Below are positions 18,285 through 25,578 of a stretch of DNA of 64,000 nt, in pieces (the first letter of the stretch is position 1; each line of letters opens with the position of its first letter). The translations under genes were made by a program, and so were the position numbers. The stretch is taken from the NCBI GenBank assembly GCA_943354475.1, contig CALRBT010000002.1:16361-80360 (forward strand), in the 5' to 3' direction. This DNA is from Parcubacteria group bacterium (GTDB taxonomy: Bacteria > Patescibacteriota > Minisyncoccia > Phycocordibacterales > CALRBT01). The notes below the pieces were generated by a model. That model searched no databases and was not told the origin of the DNA. It saw only the letters and a program-made list of their open reading frames with translations.

Positions 18285-18776
18285 ATGTCAAAAGATAAAC
18301 GCTCTTTTTTTGAAAAACTCTCCGGGGTAGTCCGAATTGAGGATGATTTTGAGCCACCACAGCAAGAAAGTAGGTCATTAACTCCTCGAGGAAACGGTCC
18401 ACAAGTAAGCAGGCAAAATCATGAGCTGAGCCCTGAAACAGTACAAGAGGCTGAATTAGCTGTTGATGTCTATCAACTACCAAATGAAATTGTTATTAAA
18501 GCCATGGCGGCAGGTGTCAGACCTGAAGATCTCGACCTTTCAATCACTAGAGACATAGTCACTATTCGTGGTCGTCGAGAAGAAACGAGGGGGGTTGATG
18601 AGAGTGATTACTTCCATAAAGAACTTTATTGGGGTTCATTTTCAAGAACAATTGAGCTTCCACAAGAGATTGATATCGAGAGCGCTACTGCTATTGAAAA
18701 ATTCGGTCTTCTTATTCTTACCCTACCAAAACTCAACAAAGAAAAGCAGGCGAAGGTCAAGGTCAAGTCTATGTAG
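18285..18776 (+). CDS. Hsp20/alpha-crystallin family small heat-shock protein
   Basis: alpha-crystallin domain AVDVYQLPNEIVIKAMAAGVRPEDLDLSI...GLLILTLPK. Confidence 0.85.
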   Translation: MSKDKRSFFEKLSGVVRIEDDFEPPQQESRSLTPRGNGPQVSRQNHELSPETVQEAELAVDVYQLPNEIVIKAMAAGVRPEDLDLSITRDIVTIRGRREETRGVDESDYFHKELYWGSFSRTIELPQEIDIESATAIEKFGLLILTLPKLNKEKQAKVKVKSM

Positions 18777-18851
18777 TTGGTTTAGGCGAAATTGACGATT
18801 ACTCAAAAAGTGTTATTCTCTTGATAGAGCTTGAAACATTAGGAGGTCAAT

Positions 18852-19280
18852 GTGGCCAACAGAGAGTGGAATGGCGACGAGAGAGCGGAGTTTAAGAAAC
18901 TTTGGGAGCAGAAGAATCCAGAACTCTCTGTGCGGGAAATAGCTCAGCGTCTTGGAAGAACAATGCCTGCAGTTCTGCATGAGCGCTTTAGGCTTAGGCT
19001 AACCCCACGAGCTTCGCCTATCAAACATAAGGGACTGGGAAAAGGAACAAAAATAGCTGGTGAGGCCACTGTACCTATTCAAACAACACCCCCAGAGAAA
19101 CCCAACAAGTCTAGTACTACCTGTTGCTGGCCGATTGGGGAGCCTGGGACAAAAAGCTTCTGCTTCTGTAGCTCTCCGTCCGAACTAGGACACCCATACT
19201 GCGCCTCACATTGTATCGATGCATACCCGAAAAGCTCCAGATTGGCAGAATGGCAAGCAAAACTTCGCCAAGCAACATAG
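18852..19280 (+). CDS. GcrA-like cell-cycle regulator family protein
   Basis: N-terminal W..DERAEFKKLWEQ..SVREIAQRLGRT (GcrA DNA-binding region) and C-terminal CCWPIGEPG..FCFC..PYCASHC, matching the GcrA C-terminal CxWPIGDP..FxFCG..PYC..H signature. Confidence 0.6.
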   Translation: MANREWNGDERAEFKKLWEQKNPELSVREIAQRLGRTMPAVLHERFRLRLTPRASPIKHKGLGKGTKIAGEATVPIQTTPPEKPNKSSTTCCWPIGEPGTKSFCFCSSPSELGHPYCASHCIDAYPKSSRLAEWQAKLRQAT

Positions 19281-19489
19281 ATACTAGGAGGGGGTCACCA
19301 CAAGGTGACCCCCCTAAATCGTTTTACGAGTTTATACACTACACTTCGTCAACGGTTTGAAATGACCCCTCTGAAACCAGTTCTATTTGTTTTTTCCCAA
19401 ATTTATGGTAGTTTTCTAGTATCGTTCCTGATTCTGGGGCTTCCATATTTGAATGAAATTCGACCCAGTACCGAGTAGGTCTTTTGACA

Positions 19490-19607
19490 AAAGAGGTCTT
19501 CCTGCTGAAAGAGGTGGAATCGAGGTTTCAACTGAGCCATACTAAAACGTATAGTGAAGGAGAAACCGATGATTCCAACAAAGAAGTTCGTCAAATATGG
19601 AAGTCCC
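19490..19607. repeat. intergenic repeat family 1, copy C; carries AAGGAG-N6-ATG and a 18-codon ORF (MIPTKKFVKYGSPHKKPR)
   Basis: GGAATCGAGGTTTCAACTGAGCCATACTAAAACGTATAGTGAAGGAGAAACCGATGATTCCAACAAAGAAGTTCGTCAAAT; ends 8 nt before tRNA-Phe. Confidence 0.7.
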
Positions 19608-19614
19608 CACAAAA

Positions 19615-19688
19615 AGCCGAGGTAGCTCAGTTGGTTAGAGCATCTGCCTGAAGAGCAGAGGGTCGGCAGTTCAACTCTGCCCCTCGGC
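19615..19688 (+). tRNA. tRNA-Phe (anticodon GAA)
   Basis: GCCGAGG-TA-GCTC..GAGC-A-TCTGC-CTGAAGA-GCAGA-GGGTC-GGCAG-TTCAACT-CTGCC-CCTCGGC-A. Confidence 0.9.
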
Positions 19689-19740
19689 ACAAACACAAAG
19701 AAAGCGCGCAACATTTGTTGCGCGCTTTCTTTGTGTTTGT
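19689..19740. terminator. 24-bp perfect hairpin (CAAACACAAAGAAAGCGCGCAACA-TTTG-TTGCGCGCTTTCTTTGTGTTTG) directly after tRNA-Phe; bidirectional terminator candidate
   Basis: read directly from the sequence. Confidence 0.6.
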
Positions 19741-19754
19741 GCCGATCCTTAAAA

Positions 19755-20051
19755 CTATTTCATGTCGGGAGATAGTAACTTTCTAATCCCTTCAAAACTT
19801 GGGGCATTCTGTGTCGTCGTAGAACTTGATCCAAAAAGCCCCTTTATTCCTTGATAATTTTTTACCACATCATCGAGATATGGTTGGATCACCAAGTAGC
19901 TCCAGAGCGTGATGCCGATAATGATTGCCCACTTAATCCATGAAAAAAAGTTTGACCAACGCTGTGTACGCTGCAAACTATGTAAAATTTTATTATTCTC
20001 TTCAGCAAGTTCGGTCAGATGTCTCATTTGACGAGTGATTTCTGGTTCCAT
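19755..20051 (-). CDS. hypothetical membrane protein (98 aa)
   Basis: one central TM helix, no recognisable motif. Confidence 0.4.
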   Translation of the reverse strand: MEPEITRQMRHLTELAEENNKILHSLQRTQRWSNFFSWIKWAIIIGITLWSYLVIQPYLDDVVKNYQGIKGLFGSSSTTTQNAPSFEGIRKLLSPDMK

Positions 20052-20106
20052 AAGTAACTCCAGTATACCAAAATTAAATAATCTGTTTTCCCCAGATTAT
20101 ATATTT

Positions 20107-21192
20107 TTAATTCTCATCTGAAATCCAAACATCATTTTGCCAATGCCAATCTGAATCCATTCCACCAAAAACAAAGATCTTATTCTTGAAAATTAACGCG
20201 GAGTGGTCCTCTCTACCGAGCCATGGTGGGTCAATCTTTGTCTTATTCCAGGTCAAAGCGTCGTCGGTGTACCAAATATCATTTGGTCCTCCTACCCCTT
20301 TGTCATTTAGTCTTCCAACTGTCCACAATTTGTCATGAAGTACCAGTAAGGCGTGACCTTGGCGCTCCAACCATGGTGGATTCTTGGTTACTAGCTCCCA
20401 ATGTAATCCATCGGTAGTCGACCAAACATCCTTGAATGTATTGTCGAGTAAATCCATCCCACCACTAAGATATATTTTTCCTTTAAATACAGCTGTTGCA
20501 TGATCCCACCTCGTACTCCACGGAATAGTCGTGGTTGCTTCCAGCCAATCAACACCATTCTCAGAGTACCAAACATCATTTTTCGTCTCTCGTTTGTCGT
20601 AATTAACCCCACCCATCATCCACATCTTTCCTTGAAAGACTTCAGTGGTTTGCCCCTCCCTCGGTGACCAAGGAGCCTTCGAAGCCACCTTTTTCCAGTT
20701 TATCGCATCATCTGACTGCCAAACATCACTCTGATAGCCACCGATAGGGCTCCAACCAGCAAACATCCATAACTTATTATTAAAGAGGACTACTGACATA
20801 GAACGCCTCAATGGCCAGGCTGCATGTGCTTTTTCTAATTTCCAATTAGCGCCGTCTGCCGTTGACCAAATATCATTAAAATGTGGCGCCTCCCAATACC
20901 GCACATTGTGCGCACCACTGTTGTTATTATTTCCATCGAGCCCTCCCATTGTCCAAATCTTATCTTGGAATACAAAACTAACCCCGGAGTCCCTCGTTTC
21001 CCACGGCGCTGAAGAAGTAGCCTTAGTCCACGATAAATTCTCTGGAGAAAAAGTGTCGACGATCTCTTGTTCTGCAGATGTTACAACAGACTCAACAGTT
21101 TGCTTTGACGACTTAACAAAAACTACCGCAAACACTAACAGAACAATAATTAATGCGCCGACAATTAATAGGATTTTTTGCTTTGAATTCAT
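20107..21192 (-). CDS. membrane-anchored Kelch-type beta-propeller repeat protein (6 blades)
   Basis: six repeats of W-x-K/E-x5-PW-x-R-x6-VF-x-(N/G)K-(I/L/M)W-x-(G/F)GG pattern; N-terminal TM/signal anchor. Confidence 0.7.
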   Translation of the reverse strand: MNSKQKILLIVGALIIVLLVFAVVFVKSSKQTVESVVTSAEQEIVDTFSPENLSWTKATSSAPWETRDSGVSFVFQDKIWTMGGLDGNNNNSGAHNVRYWEAPHFNDIWSTADGANWKLEKAHAAWPLRRSMSVVLFNNKLWMFAGWSPIGGYQSDVWQSDDAINWKKVASKAPWSPREGQTTEVFQGKMWMMGGVNYDKRETKNDVWYSENGVDWLEATTTIPWSTRWDHATAVFKGKIYLSGGMDLLDNTFKDVWSTTDGLHWELVTKNPPWLERQGHALLVLHDKLWTVGRLNDKGVGGPNDIWYTDDALTWNKTKIDPPWLGREDHSALIFKNKIFVFGGMDSDWHWQNDVWISDEN

Positions 21193-21248
21193 GCAGTAAT
21201 TAAAATAATCAGCACTCTTTAGTGCCTAGACCTTCATTGAAACGAAAA

Positions 21249-21542
21249 CTATTCCTTTTCCTCACCCCACTGCCAACGAGGTTTTTGACCCTTTAGATAA
21301 CAAACGAGGATAAATAATCCAGTAAGTACAAGAAAAGGCACTGCCATATCAATAAAAGTGTCGCTAATTGAATGAGAATTCTCATCAATCCTCATAAAGA
21401 GGTAGACGAGAGATAAAATGTAGATAAGTGTAGCTGCCCAACCTTGCCAAAGTGCAGGTACCCACCCCCAGCCATAGAGCTTCCGCTTGAACCAATATCC
21501 CTTAGGATTATTCTTTAGATAGGCGATATATTCGTTAATCAT
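21249..21542 (-). CDS. hypothetical small membrane protein
   Basis: 97-aa ORF with two hydrophobic helices. Confidence 0.4.
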   Translation of the reverse strand: MINEYIAYLKNNPKGYWFKRKLYGWGWVPALWQGWAATLIYILSLVYLFMRIDENSHSISDTFIDMAVPFLVLTGLFILVCYLKGQKPRWQWGEEKE

Positions 21543-21683
21543 ATTTTTAGTATACCAAAAAGCCTCTGATAAATCCCGGAGGCTAACAATAACCGCAGAT
21601 ACACTCTTGAATAGACCATTTCGGTAACAAATTGGAACTAATGACTACTTGTATAGATTAATTGGATAGTTTAATATGAAGTT

Positions 21684-22349
21684 ATGCGCAAACATGCTTT
21701 GGAAACTATTTTAGCCCTCAAGTCAGATCGAGAACAGGGGTTGTCTATTCCCCAACTAATGAATAAATATTCTCTACCCAAAACCACCATCTGGCACCAT
21801 GTAAAAGGGGTAGTCCTCACCAAACGCGCAAGAGCATTGGCACGATCAAACCAAGGTGGAAGTAAGTTGAGGAGTCAACAAAGTTGGGATCAAGCTGAGA
21901 CAAAAGCAATATTACTGCTAAAAAATTTTGATGAAAGCATAATTTGGCCAATTTTATTTTCTGCCCTTTATTGGAGTGAAGGAACAAAAAAGAGTGGTTT
22001 TGTATTCACAAACACAGATGAGTTTATGATTCGTGTTTTTCTAAAGATTTTACGTAAGCATCTACGAATTAAAAATGGTGATCTTGATATTCTAATACGA
22101 ACTTGCACCCCCATGAATCCATTAGAGTGTCGCCGACATTGGAGTGTGGTGACCGATATTCCCCATACAGATATTAAAATCAACCATAACAATGAACAAA
22201 ATAGAAGTAAAACAAGGTATGGTATTTGCAGAATTACGCTCAAAAAAGGTGGTTTTAATTTGAAATTAATGCATTGTCTTATTCAGGAAATTACTGCTAA
22301 GATACTGAAACGCCCTCGTAGTTCAACGGATAGAACTTCGCACTCCTAA
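21684..22349 (+). CDS. hypothetical protein with N-terminal HTH-like segment; weak LAGLIDADG-like stretch (LFSALYWSEGTKKSGF); last 38 nt overlap tRNA-Arg
   Basis: LSIPQLMNKYSLPKTTIWHHVKGV helix-turn-helix-like; ORF stop TAA lies in the tRNA-Arg anticodon loop. Confidence 0.45.
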   Translation: MRKHALETILALKSDREQGLSIPQLMNKYSLPKTTIWHHVKGVVLTKRARALARSNQGGSKLRSQQSWDQAETKAILLLKNFDESIIWPILFSALYWSEGTKKSGFVFTNTDEFMIRVFLKILRKHLRIKNGDLDILIRTCTPMNPLECRRHWSVVTDIPHTDIKINHNNEQNRSKTRYGICRITLKKGGFNLKLMHCLIQEITAKILKRPRSSTDRTSHS

Positions 22350-22386
22350 CGCGAGAATCCAAGTCCGACTCTTGGCGAGGGCACCA
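22312..22386 (+). tRNA. tRNA-Arg (anticodon CCU), CCA encoded; A31:C39 mismatch at the anticodon-stem base
   Basis: GCCCTCG-TA-GTTC..GAAC-T-TCGCA-CTCCTAA-CGCGA-GAAT-CCAAG-TCCGACT-CTTGG-CGAGGGC-A-CCA. Confidence 0.75.
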
Positions 22387-22419
22387 ACTAAGCAAAAAGT
22401 CTTACAAATGGGAGGTAAG

Positions 22420-22462
22420 GCCAAAAAATCAAAAAACGCCTATGTTGGCGTTTTTTGATTGG
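22420..22462. terminator. hairpin CCAAAAAATCAAAAAACGCC-TATGTT-GGCGTTTTTTGATTGG between tRNA-Arg and convergent grx gene
   Basis: stem flanked by A/T runs on both sides (bidirectional). Confidence 0.55.
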
Positions 22463-22477
22463 ATGAAGAGAAGAGAG

Positions 22478-22717
22478 TTAGGCTACAATCCAGAGAGCCT
22501 TGGCTAGAGCATCCCGATCAAACCCGACCATCATCTGTCCATCAATATCAATCACTGGTACCCCCATTTGGCCACTCTTCTGAATCATCTCATTTCGCTT
22601 CTCAAGGTTACTTGCAACATCAAATTCTTCAAATGGAACCTTGTGTTCATTCATAAAATCCTTTGCCATTTTGCAGTAACCACAGGTTGGTGTTGAGTAA
22701 ATTTCTACTTTTTTCAT
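22478..22717 (-). CDS. glutaredoxin-like protein (thioredoxin fold, CGYC active site)
   Basis: MKKVEIYSTPTCGYCKMAKDFM...VPVIDIDG (glutaredoxin/NrdH-like layout). Confidence 0.8.
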   Translation of the reverse strand: MKKVEIYSTPTCGYCKMAKDFMNEHKVPFEEFDVASNLEKRNEMIQKSGQMGVPVIDIDGQMMVGFDRDALAKALWIVA

Positions 22718-22800
22718 ATTTTTTCTGAATTAGCGCTTTTAAGTCAAGACATTGTACCATACTCGCTTTCATGAGCAAAAAAAGGGGTTTGATGAGATTG

Positions 22801-22823
22801 TGGTGCGAGTGGCGAGAATCGAA
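22801..22823 (-). repeat. 23-nt exact duplicate of the tRNA-Gly 3' end (TGGTGCGAGTGGCGAGAATCGAA), 112 bp downstream of the tRNA
   Basis: identical to 22935-22957. Confidence 0.7.
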
Positions 22824-22934
22824 ACTTACAGTTTCAGTACAGTTTTCGTATCACCTTGCGATATACTCAAACTTTTCGATTTTCGCTCACAGGCAAAGCA
22901 GTTTGCCTGCTCACTCGCACACTCACATTACTCC

Positions 22935-23008
22935 TGGTGCGAGTGGCGAGAATCGAACTCGCGTTACCTGCTTGGGAAGCAGGTGTATTACCACTATACG
23001 ACACTCGC
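22935..23008 (-). tRNA. tRNA-Gly (anticodon CCC), CCA encoded
   Basis: reverse complement GCGAGTG-TC-GTAT..ATAC-A-CCTGC-TTCCCAA-GCAGG-TAAC-GCGAG-TTCGATT-CTCGC-CACTCGC-A-CCA. Confidence 0.9.
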
Positions 23009-23012
23009 AATT

Positions 23013-23396
23013 TTATTTAAATTTAAAAAAATCGATAGTTCTAGAAAACCAGCCTTTTTTTGTCGAAGATGCTATACCACTTACGGGCTCTGCCTCAATA
23101 ATCACTGCCATTTGTTCTCCACTCTTAGCAACCCCGTATTTTTTTCTAAGCTCACTCTCCCTCCCTTCCACGGTATGTAACTTGGCAATCTCTTGCTCAA
23201 GGAACGCCTTGCGCGCCAAAAGCTCCTTCTCTTCAAGAGACACTCTATTTGCAGTCTCAGCGACCTCTGCCTTGCGTATGTGAGCGGTAAACGAGGCCTT
23301 GGCAAGAACTACAATAAGAACTAGTAGAATCGCAAGTGCAAACTTGGAGTGGAGGTATTTGCGCCATTTTCTTTTTTCTTGAATTTGAACTTCCAT
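23013..23396 (-). CDS. FtsB/DivIC-like septum-formation-initiator family protein (TM + coiled coil)
   Basis: N-terminal basic stretch, single TM (FALAILLVLIVVLA), following coiled coil LEEKELLARKAFLEQEIAKL. Confidence 0.5.
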   Translation of the reverse strand: MEVQIQEKRKWRKYLHSKFALAILLVLIVVLAKASFTAHIRKAEVAETANRVSLEEKELLARKAFLEQEIAKLHTVEGRESELRKKYGVAKSGEQMAVIIEAEPVSGIASSTKKGWFSRTIDFFKFK

Positions 23397-23558
23397 AGAG
23401 ATGATGTTAGTATACTACAATCATTATTTCCAGAATAATCACGTCAAATTAGTATGCTTTTTCACAAAAAAACCAAAAAAGTGATGAATGTCGTCAGTAT
23501 CGTCGTCGGAGTGACTGTTATTCTCAGCATGGTACTCCTCTCAATGGCTTCACTTTGG

Positions 23559-23605
23559 GGATAAGGGAGCGTTAGCGAACACTTATCCTCTGTGAGGATA
23601 GGAAG
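23559..23605. repeat. palindromic motif family 2 copy (GGATAAGGGAGCG-TTA-GCGAACACTTATCCTC-TGT-GAGGATAGG)
   Basis: same core as 60481-60629 and 6811-6875. Confidence 0.55.
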
Positions 23606-23722
23606 TCTAGATGTTAGGGTGTAGAGAATAGGGTTTAGTTTTGGAACGAAACCAGAAACCATCAGGACGAGCCTTCGGCTCGTCCTGATGGTTTAACCTA
23701 AACCCTATCCCCTATAACCTGT
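23605..23722. repeat. nested hairpin/motif family 3 element (ATAGGGTTTAG ... AACCATCAGGACGAGCC-TTCG-GCTCGTCCTGATGGTT ... CTAAACCCTATCCCCTATAACCTG); probable lepA terminator
   Basis: 17-bp perfect inner hairpin at 23659-23696 (AACCATCAGGACGAGCC-TTCG-GGCTCGTCCTGATGGTT); outer arms match motif GGTTATAGGGGATAGG(G)TTTAGGTT seen at 57005 and 57800. Confidence 0.55.
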
Positions 23723-23727
23723 CTATT

Positions 23728-25533
23728 CTACTCTCTCATCATCTTCATAAAGACATCGTGGGAAATATTCACCTTACCTAATTCCTTCATTTTCTTTTTA
23801 CCTTTCTTCTGTTTCTCGCGCAATTTCATCTTGCGCGTTATGTCCCCTCCATACAGATAGCCTGTGACATCTTTCTTCATCGCTGAAATTGTCCTTGAGG
23901 AAATAATTCGTCCCATTGCCTTACTTTGAATCTTGGTAGTAAACATCTGCCTTGGCAATATTTCATAGAGCTTCTCCACAGCCTTTTCTGCTTCTTCTTG
24001 TGCACGTCTGGTTGAAACCACTCGAGAAAACGCTGGGACGATCTCATCTGCGACCAGGATATCCATACGTACCACATCAGCCTCCCTTAATTCACCGACT
24101 TCGTAAGAGAGTGAGGCGAAACCAGAAGAAACACTTTTTAGCATATCAAAAAAGTTACGCATCAATTCGCGTAATGGTAAATCCGCAGTAATACTAATAC
24201 GTCGTTCGCCAAAATTCTCCGTCTCGCGAACCGTCGCCTCATGATCAAAGAGTAATTGCATAATTTGCCCGCTGTACTCAGGCGGTGCAATAATTTTAGC
24301 GGTAACCCAGGGTTCATAGATTTTCTCTGCAAGTCCATGGTCTGGAAAAATAGATGGGGAGTAAATCACCACCCGCTTACCAGATTTTAAGAGTGCCTCG
24401 TAGGTAATACTCGGTGAGGTAATAATCAAATCGAGATCAAATTCACGTCTGAGCCGTTCTGTAATAATCTCAAGGTGAAGCATTCCAAGGAACCCGCAAC
24501 GAAACCCCCTTCCAAGTGAGCCGGAAGATTCTTCTTCGTGTGAAAACGATGAGTCAGAAAGCCTGAGTCGTCCAAGTGCCTGACGAAGCGGGTCGAAGTC
24601 ATCCTGACTCTCCGGATAGATTGACGCCCAGACCACTGGACGAGGTCGTTGATAGCCCACCAGTGCTGGTAAGGGATTTTTAAAATACGTAACAGTGTCT
24701 CCAACAGAAGCGATGCCAGGCTCTTTGATTCCCGTAACAATATAACCAATCTCCCCTCCTGAAAGCGTCTCCTTTGGCTGCTCTTCCGGTGCGAACACAC
24801 CAACCTCAAGAGCGATGAACCGTTTACCCGCAACCGAGAACAGGAGCTCTGCTCCCTTTGAGATTACTCCATCGAGCATTCTGATATAGACAATCACCCC
24901 TCGGTGGTTGGAATATTGGAAATCAAAGATAAGTGCCCGCGCACTTTTATCATCAACAAATTCTTCTTTTGGTGCAGGCACCCGTTTAATAATCTCCTCA
25001 AGGAGCTTTGGAACCCCTTCGCCAGTCCTTCCAGAGACTTCCAGAACAGTATCAACTGAGACATCGAGGAGATTTGCCAACTCTTCCTTAACTGCAGGCA
25101 CGTCCGCTAGAGGCGAGTCAATCTTACTGACCACAGGAATGATTACGAGCCCACTCTCCCTTGCCATTTGAAGCGTTGAGAGTGTTTGTGCTTGTACACC
25201 TTGTGTTGCGTCCACCAACAGGAGCGAGCCTTCTACAGCCTTGAGCGCTCTTGAGACCTCGTAGGAAAAGTCGATGTGTCCTGGCGTGTCGATGAGATTG
25301 AGTACAAACTCTTCTCCAGCTTGTTTATAGGCCATTCGAACAGGTTGCATTTTAATCGTAATCCCGCGCTCACGTTCGAGCTCCATACTATCGAGTACTT
25401 GGTCGCGCATTTTACGCTTTTCAATCGTTGCCGTAACCTCAAGGAGCCGGTCGGCCAGTGTCGACTTACCGTGGTCAATATGAGCAATAATGCTGAAATT
25501 TCGAATATGAGATTTTGGGACTTGATTTGTCAT
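23728..25533 (-). CDS. lepA: translation elongation factor 4 (LepA)
   Basis: NFSIIAHIDHGKSTLADRLL G1 motif, DTPGHIDF, LepA-specific C-terminal domain. Confidence 0.95.
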   Translation of the reverse strand: MTNQVPKSHIRNFSIIAHIDHGKSTLADRLLEVTATIEKRKMRDQVLDSMELERERGITIKMQPVRMAYKQAGEEFVLNLIDTPGHIDFSYEVSRALKAVEGSLLLVDATQGVQAQTLSTLQMARESGLVIIPVVSKIDSPLADVPAVKEELANLLDVSVDTVLEVSGRTGEGVPKLLEEIIKRVPAPKEEFVDDKSARALIFDFQYSNHRGVIVYIRMLDGVISKGAELLFSVAGKRFIALEVGVFAPEEQPKETLSGGEIGYIVTGIKEPGIASVGDTVTYFKNPLPALVGYQRPRPVVWASIYPESQDDFDPLRQALGRLRLSDSSFSHEEESSGSLGRGFRCGFLGMLHLEIITERLRREFDLDLIITSPSITYEALLKSGKRVVIYSPSIFPDHGLAEKIYEPWVTAKIIAPPEYSGQIMQLLFDHEATVRETENFGERRISITADLPLRELMRNFFDMLKSVSSGFASLSYEVGELREADVVRMDILVADEIVPAFSRVVSTRRAQEEAEKAVEKLYEILPRQMFTTKIQSKAMGRIISSRTISAMKKDVTGYLYGGDITRKMKLREKQKKGKKKMKELGKVNISHDVFMKMMRE

Positions 25534-25578
25534 ATGTAAAGTTACTTTACCTGAGGTAGAGAATTAATCAACATCTCG

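Noticed and set aside
19403-19714. 103-aa minus-strand ORF
   Set aside because: It spans repeat copy C and tRNA-Phe.
22752-23283. Plus-strand ORFs 22752-23180 and 22771-23283
   Set aside because: They run across tRNA-Gly, its duplicated 3' fragment and the ftsB-like gene on the other strand.
23462-23662. 66-aa minus-strand ORF in the lepA/ftsB intergenic region
   Set aside because: It is composed of the palindromic repeat and terminator sequences.
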